IMG/VR virus record: IMGVR_UViG_3300032315_000313
Location: 1-44,151 of that record
DNA: 44,151 nt
From: a virus
Taxonomy: Duplodnaviria > Caudoviricetes
Strand: one strand, 5' to 3'
Of the stretch, positions 39,121-44,151 are shown in pieces. A program made the translations under genes and the position numbers. Numbering within the stretch: the stretch's first letter is position 1; each line of letters starts with the position of its first letter. Under the pieces are notes generated by a model that was not told the origin of the DNA, made no database searches, and worked only from the letters and a program-made list of their open reading frames with translations.

Positions 39121-41081
39121 TATCTGTCAAATAGTTTTCTAGTAAAAAAATCATCTATATAACTAGCTTCTTCTCGTTTAGCTACTTTTATCTTATGATT
39201 TTCATACCTATGTAAAATACATAGCATAAACGCTATAACTCTATCAAAGTTACCTTCATCATCATAAGCTATTAGTTCTTTTAGTAACGGAGCACTATAA
39301 ATCTTATGCAGATTCAATTTTCCAGGGGCATATTCTTCTAATAACCAATCACATGTTATTCTTTCGCAGTAGTCTTTTATAACTACATTCATATGCACTC
39401 CTTTTTCTCTTTGTACAGTAGAGTTCTTAACTATATCTTTAAGAATAATAGGTTGGTCTTTTAGTAAATAATCACAGTTTTTAAGTTGGCAATACTGGTG
39501 CATCCCTTTAACTTGATTCTCATAAAGACATATAGCATTATAATATTTTAATAACTTAATACAATTTTCATAGAAATCTTGAGCTCTATCAGGTCTACCA
39601 GTATATTCAGCAACAGGCCAATCGTATGTTTCTCCTAAATGATTAATTTGTTTAAATATAAACATAGACCCTAAAGACCCTGTTTCTGATCTATCGTGGT
39701 CATAGGGGTCTTGCCCAGCAATATATAATCCATAAGGGATATCACCCATTGGAGGTTGTTCCCAAATAGTAATGCAACCTTCTTCTTCACCTCTTTTAGT
39801 AGGATAATCAGCTGCTCTACGAGATTCATCTACTTTGAATTGTACTTTACCAGCTTCATCATAAAACATATACCCCCTAACTCCTAACTCATTAGCAGAA
39901 GCTGTAGTTTGTAAATAAGACAGATGCCTATCTAGTTCAGCTACTGGAAATCTCCTACCTTTAGTTATTTGGAATGCTTCTTTAGGGCACCAAGGATTCT
40001 CTGTTATATAAGAATCTAATGCTGACCTACTTTTAGCTGTTAAAGCAATATGGTCTCTTTTTTTAGTTTCCCATTCTTTGGCTTCTTCAATTAAACTATT
40101 ACCATCAGCATCTATAAACCCTGTTTTATTTAAATATGATGGGAAAAAGAATCCAGATTTAGTACCAATTCTATCTAAGTCCCATTCATTTTCTAATGCC
40201 ATAAATCCATACGGCTCTGGGTTATAAAACAACTCATTAAAATCAGCCCAGTCTTCATTATCTGAGCCCCCTGTACCAAATACAACCATTATACCTGTTG
40301 TATAAACCCCATCATTTAGTGTTTCTAGGGTAGCTTTTACAGCTGGTAATAAATTGGGAAATTTACCTGCTTCATCTAAAAAAATAAGCTGAGCATCTTT
40401 ACCCCTACCTACGTCAGGGTTATCTTTAAATGATAAAGATAGTATAGTTGACTTATATCCCGATTCTACAGGTACCCCGTCAATATATTTAATATAAGAA
40501 GCACGTAATTCATCTATTTTATTACTAACCTCTCTTCTTTTAGTCCATGCAGTATGTTCATTTAGGAATTCTAAGTAGTCTTTAGCCATCTTAGTAATCC
40601 CTGCTCCACCAAATAAGAATTTCTTTTCAAATGCCCCTAATATAACCATACTATTTTTAACAGTATTGTAAGTATTAGCTGCAACCCATCCATTCTTATA
40701 TGAAAACCCTTTTCTTCTAGCCTTAGCTATACATAAATGGAGTCCTTTACTTTGGGCTTCTTTTAGTTTTCTAAAATATAGAGCATCTCCATCCCAGAAA
40801 CTAGGAAAAGATAGTACTTTTTTACCACTTCTTCCCCCTATTTCCTTAGATATAGTCTTTCCATTCTCATCATCAATTAATTTAATAAGAGCAAAATTCA
40901 AATAACCATAGTGGTCTCCTGTAATATGCTCTCCACCAACAGAATAGCCTTCTATGCAACGTCTAGTTTGCTCATCCCAATAGTCTTTATAGTCTCTTGT
41001 GCCTTTTGGGGCAGCACAAAAGTAACCATTTCTCTTGAAAAACTGTGCATCTCTGCTATATTCTGCTGTATTAATCCACAT
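39120..41081 (-). CDS. terL: Terminase large subunit
   Basis: Walker A KARRKGFS, Walker B IFLDEAG, motif III GTGG, nuclease motifs GQDPY and NFDRVIA. Confidence 0.95.
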   Translation of the reverse strand: MWINTAEYSRDAQFFKRNGYFCAAPKGTRDYKDYWDEQTRRCIEGYSVGGEHITGDHYGYLNFALIKLIDDENGKTISKEIGGRSGKKVLSFPSFWDGDALYFRKLKEAQSKGLHLCIAKARRKGFSYKNGWVAANTYNTVKNSMVILGAFEKKFLFGGAGITKMAKDYLEFLNEHTAWTKRREVSNKIDELRASYIKYIDGVPVESGYKSTILSLSFKDNPDVGRGKDAQLIFLDEAGKFPNLLPAVKATLETLNDGVYTTGIMVVFGTGGSDNEDWADFNELFYNPEPYGFMALENEWDLDRIGTKSGFFFPSYLNKTGFIDADGNSLIEEAKEWETKKRDHIALTAKSRSALDSYITENPWCPKEAFQITKGRRFPVAELDRHLSYLQTTASANELGVRGYMFYDEAGKVQFKVDESRRAADYPTKRGEEEGCITIWEQPPMGDIPYGLYIAGQDPYDHDRSETGSLGSMFIFKQINHLGETYDWPVAEYTGRPDRAQDFYENCIKLLKYYNAICLYENQVKGMHQYCQLKNCDYLLKDQPIILKDIVKNSTVQREKGVHMNVVIKDYCERITCDWLLEEYAPGKLNLHKIYSAPLLKELIAYDDEGNFDRVIAFMLCILHRYENHKIKVAKREEASYIDDFFTRKLFDR

Positions 41082-41436
41082 GATTAGCTCTTTCTATTAG
41101 CATTGCTCGAATCAACAGCGTATAATTTATAATATCTATACACTTTTCATCAATAATGGGTTTATTAATTTTCTTATGATTACCACAATCAGCATCATAT
41201 ATTAAATCTTTAAATGATTGCAAGTGCTTAACCATAAATTCCCAAGCAACACTCTCCCTAGTTGATAAAAAAGACATATGTGTGCCTTCTTCAAAATTAT
41301 GAAATGGATTATCATGTCTTGCATACTCTTTACCTTTTACTAAAAGTGTACTATTTATTTTTTCTATAGCTTCTACTACTGTAGCCTGAAATTCTTTAGT
41401 CTTCATATATTCCTGTTTGCCTATCCCCACGGACAC
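41071..41436 (-). CDS. All-alpha nucleotide-modification-associated / MazG-like protein (Nmad1/DUF1599-like)
   Basis: KGKEYA...PFHNFE...KH...DIINY pattern. The true start may be the internal MKTKEF. Confidence 0.55.
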   Translation of the reverse strand: MSVGIGKQEYMKTKEFQATVVEAIEKINSTLLVKGKEYARHDNPFHNFEEGTHMSFLSTRESVAWEFMVKHLQSFKDLIYDADCGNHKKINKPIIDEKCIDIINYTLLIRAMLIERANHVD

Positions 41437-41935
41437 GTGTGTTATCTTGTTGCTCTTGTTTAACTATATTTTCTAAAGCTTTCATAGAAACTACTAAATC
41501 TTTTAATTTAGATAAGTTAGCTATCGCATCTTTAGCACTGTATATTGGGTTACCTTGATTATCTATAATATCAAAGTTTATTTTTTTAAAGTAATCTCTT
41601 AATTTCTGTATTACATCTACAGCATCTCTTAATAGACCCAATAATGGAGTTTGAGTTAATTCCTGATATTTACTTTGTGCTTTTAGTATCTTATCATTAG
41701 GCTTCCATTTAGGGTCTTTAATGAAGTCATGAATAACCTTATACTTTCTTTCATCATAAGGGTATATATTATACGGAGAGTTATAATCTTCTAAATAATA
41801 TATATATTCAAACTCCATCATAGCTTTTTCTTTAGTCTTTGATTTATCAGAAGACCATATATCTTTAAATTCAGGTATATTTAGAATCTCTGGAGTTATG
41901 ACTATCTTATAATCTACTAAATCAAATATTTTCAT
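41396..41935 (-). CDS. Conserved protein upstream of TerL (candidate terminase small subunit)
   Basis: Helical 179-aa protein (SDKSKTKEKA...YIYY...SPY; RVRG tail); position next to TerL. Confidence 0.45.
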   Translation of the reverse strand: MKIFDLVDYKIVITPEILNIPEFKDIWSSDKSKTKEKAMMEFEYIYYLEDYNSPYNIYPYDERKYKVIHDFIKDPKWKPNDKILKAQSKYQELTQTPLLGLLRDAVDVIQKLRDYFKKINFDIIDNQGNPIYSAKDAIANLSKLKDLVVSMKALENIVKQEQQDNTRVRGDRQTGIYED

Positions 41936-42339
41936 AAATTCTCTATCTTATAAAGAGTTTTATATACTAAAGAAATAATGGTATCTATCTCATTTTGAAT
42001 ATTACTATCTTCTTTTTTAAAGGCTGTATATCGCATAGAATTTATAGAAGATGCTATATTCTTGAGATAGTTACATATAGTTTCGGGAGACTTATAATTT
42101 ATAATACTTAAAACTCCACTATACTTATCTACAATACCATACATTCCTTGATATACCTCTATTAGATTATCACTAGCCTCTACTACTTCATCATAATACT
42201 CATTTAATGCTTTATGGATAGCATAAGCACTACTAGTAGACTTATTACTGATTTCTAAATGAAAAATATGAGCCTGGGTAGCTGAATGCAATAATAGCAA
42301 AAATAAATCAGAGGGTTTATTAGTTTGGAGCTTGAACAT
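41932..42339 (-). CDS. Ferritin/Dps-like four-helix protein (DUF5856-like)
   Basis: AHIFHL...AIHKALNEYYD...DNLIEVYQG...QNEID...TLYK pattern. Confidence 0.75.
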   Translation of the reverse strand: MFKLQTNKPSDLFLLLLHSATQAHIFHLEISNKSTSSAYAIHKALNEYYDEVVEASDNLIEVYQGMYGIVDKYSGVLSIINYKSPETICNYLKNIASSINSMRYTAFKKEDSNIQNEIDTIISLVYKTLYKIENL

Positions 42340-42547
42340 ATCCTACTTTGTTATTAGTTTCATCATCATCGTCGTCTCGCCTATCTACTGGGTAATCATA
42401 CCCTGCTGATATAATCATAGACCTACTTCTTTGCATCTTTTTTAGCTTCTTTTTTATCATATTACTATGAGTAATACCTATCGGTTTATTCTCATCAAGA
42501 GAATCTAGTATACCACGTAGCCAATAGCAGAATTGTTCACTATTCAT
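42320..42547 (-). CDS. Small hypothetical phage protein
   Basis: N-terminal EQFCYWLRG motif, as recalled from small phage proteins. Confidence 0.55.
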   Translation of the reverse strand: MNSEQFCYWLRGILDSLDENKPIGITHSNMIKKKLKKMQRSRSMIISAGYDYPVDRRDDDDDETNNKVGYVQAPN

Positions 42548-42788
42548 TTTCTTTAGTTTTTTTTCTTTCGTTAAATTTCTTCCAATACTCTAATCTAAAT
42601 GGTTTTACTACAAATTTACCAAACTTCATTATCTGTATATTTTTATAGTCTTCAAATGTAGAATGCTCTATAGTCTCAGTTACTAAATCAGATATAGTTC
42701 TAATAGCTTTTTCTACTACTTCTGGGTCTAATCCTTTTTCTTCTGCTATCTCTTTTACTATTTGGTCGTTAATATTAAACTTTCCCAT
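42540..42788 (-). CDS. HU/IHF-like DNA-binding protein
   Basis: IVKEIAEEKGL...V helices followed by the IQIMKFGKFVVK strand (FGxF signature). Confidence 0.7.
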   Translation of the reverse strand: MGKFNINDQIVKEIAEEKGLDPEVVEKAIRTISDLVTETIEHSTFEDYKNIQIMKFGKFVVKPFRLEYWKKFNERKKTKENE

Positions 42789-43002
42789 ATATACTTAAAT
42801 TTAATTTAAATGGTACTATTGTATTCTTTACTCCTTTAACTTGACTAAATCCATTATATGATGGCATGCATTCGTATTCTGTAGCCATTCTAAATCCATC
42901 AACACTACTTTCATAAGCTAAATAAATAGACTCTTCAAATTCAACTAAATCAAAGAAGTCATCAGCTATAAATGTCATACTAGTTATTAATACTTCGCTC
43001 AT
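42775..43002 (-). CDS. Hypothetical protein
   Basis: 75-aa ORF overlapping both neighbours. Confidence 0.5.
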   Translation of the reverse strand: MSEVLITSMTFIADDFFDLVEFEESIYLAYESSVDGFRMATEYECMPSYNGFSQVKGVKNTIVPFKLNLSIYGKV

Positions 43003-43393
43003 TTATCTCAATATTATATGTAAGTTGCACATTACTGTATGGAATATATAACTTAGAAGTTACTACTCTTGTTACATGATCGTAATGAATAAGTTTCTTA
43101 TTTTCTAATCTACCAAATAATTGACTATAATTAAACTGGGATACACCCATAAGAGTATATATCTCTTTACGAACATCTACATTAAGAACTAAACCAACAT
43201 ACTGCCCCCCAGCTTCTCTACTAGCCAACCAACTAAAGAAAAAAATACAAGCTAATGCGTCAGCTTCTTTATTAGTTAACCCAACTAAACAATGACAATA
43301 AGCTTTATAAAAGTCTAAACCTGATTCACTAGTAACCCTTTTGGTTATTTTAACTGCATTACTCATTATTACTAATATTATAGGTTCTATCAA
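42980..43393 (-). CDS. Winged-HTH-like protein (start probably at the internal MSNAV)
   Basis: LTNKEADAL...RKEIYTLMGVSQFNYSQLFGRLENKKLI fits a wHTH pattern. Confidence 0.55.
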   Translation of the reverse strand: MIEPIILVIMSNAVKITKRVTSESGLDFYKAYCHCLVGLTNKEADALACIFFFSWLASREAGGQYVGLVLNVDVRKEIYTLMGVSQFNYSQLFGRLENKKLIHYDHVTRVVTSKLYIPYSNVQLTYNIEINERSINN

Positions 43394-43658
43394 ACTTAGG
43401 AAATAAATAATCTTCTAATAATAACTTAGCTAAATTATACTCATACTCAGGAATGTATTGAAAAAACTTAATTAAATACTCATTCTTACCTGATACTGGA
43501 TTATTAACTAATTTTCTAAGCAGCCATATGTTAGGCCTAATCTCTCTTAAATCAAAGTTATACTTATTAAATACTCTTTGACCTTCTCTTTTAATAAACC
43601 CGAAATCCTCTGGACTCCATGTTTTAATAACTTCACTACTATTTAACTCTGTTTCCAT
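43359..43658 (-). CDS. Hypothetical protein, first gene of the late block
   Basis: 99-aa ORF preceded by A-rich repeats. Confidence 0.55.
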   Translation of the reverse strand: METELNSSEVIKTWSPEDFGFIKREGQRVFNKYNFDLREIRPNIWLLRKLVNNPVSGKNEYLIKFFQYIPEYEYNLAKLLLEDYLFPKFDRTYNISNNE

Positions 43659-43691
43659 TTTTACTTTAGTTTTTACTTTTAATTTTACTTT
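43659..43691 (-). repeat. Three AAAGTAAAA direct repeats with a 12-nt period
   Basis: ttttacttt at 43659-67, 43671-79 and 43683-91. Confidence 0.7.
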
Positions 43692-43694
43692 TAG

Positions 43695-44010
43695 TTCTAC
43701 TTATTAATAACAAACCCCTTTCGGCACGTATTATTTTGCCTACTCAATAGCTATTGCTGTTCAAAACTATCTTATCTACTTACCGTTTTTAGCCTCCAGT
43801 GGTTATCTCAATCTCACTTATAGTTACTTTTTATCGTAACACCACTCTAAGTATTTAGATAGTTTCTTTTGCTACTATCGGAGAAACCTCATTTCGCGAT
43901 AACAATTAATTTCTTAATTTACGCTACTCTTACTATCCGACTTCTGAGCATCACTTTTACAGGATTATACTATCAGTTGATGCTGTAATACTATGTCTAG
44001 TATGTAACAT
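43695..44010 (-). ncRNA. Candidate structured ncRNA or leader (possibly ROOL-like, compact)
   Basis: No ORF of 60 aa or more, several nested helices, a GAAA tetraloop, a long-range GUCGGA/UCCGAU pairing and a promoter-like motif just upstream. Confidence 0.55.
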
Positions 44011-44015
44011 ATAGA

Positions 44016-44042
44016 TATACGTTATGAGAGATAATAAGTTAC
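44016..44042 (-). promoter_or_regulatory. Putative ECF-like promoter GTAAC-N16-CGTATA with upstream A/T tracts
   Basis: Recurring motif; UP-element-like A/T tracts at 44043-44078. Confidence 0.55.
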
Positions 44043-44151
44043 GTATTTTTGATTTTTTTTAAAAAATTTTTTGGAAAATGTTTATATATGAACCACTCCA
44101 ATATAACACCCCCGGCTAGGTTTGGGCGTGCTCCCATGTATGCCCTTTATA

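Noticed and set aside
39120-41081. Intein or group I intron in TerL, the major capsid gene or the RNAP
   Set aside because: TerL and the capsid gene are of ordinary length and uninterrupted; no intein splice-junction or LAGLIDADG motifs were noticed.
43700-44039. Terminal helix ACUUAUUA/UAAUAAGU closing the whole ncRNA region
   Set aside because: The pairing is AU-rich and its 5' arm lies within the putative promoter (-35 element and spacer), so it is probably not transcribed; not used as evidence.
1-44151. Stop-codon reassignment (TAG/TGA), known in some crAss-like phages
   Set aside because: Long genes are intact in the standard code and tile the window, no suppressor tRNA is seen, and the gap at 1-7606 is explained by an edge-truncated ORF.

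Overview
An AT-rich window (roughly 30% GC by eye) covering the late/structural module of a crAss-like (Crassvirales-type) podophage, probably infecting a Bacteroidota host. Essentially all genes lie on the - strand, many coupled by TAATG overlaps. Reading from right to left: a ~320-nt structured non-coding leader; small regulatory and accessory genes (wHTH, HU/IHF-like, ferritin/Dps-like, Nmad1/MazG-like); terminase large subunit; portal; putative scaffold; major capsid protein; an initiator-like tRNA-Met; ring, auxiliary capsid and tail-hub genes; a collagen fibre; a metallophosphoesterase; the muzzle/tail-stabilisation protein; and the ejection (cargo) proteins. The last gene is a giant virion RNA polymerase (DFDID motif) that starts at 7606, runs off the left edge and is missing from the ORF track. 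The most notable items are: (1) effector-like cassettes (GNAT, ART, P-loop kinase, SLOG, EVQS domain) embedded in the two giant injected proteins and bracketed by a recurring ID-x-LP linker; (2) a candidate ornate ncRNA at ~43700-44010; (3) a recurring TAAC-N16/17-CGTA ECF-like promoter motif. Family calls come from motif recognition and gene order, not from database searches.
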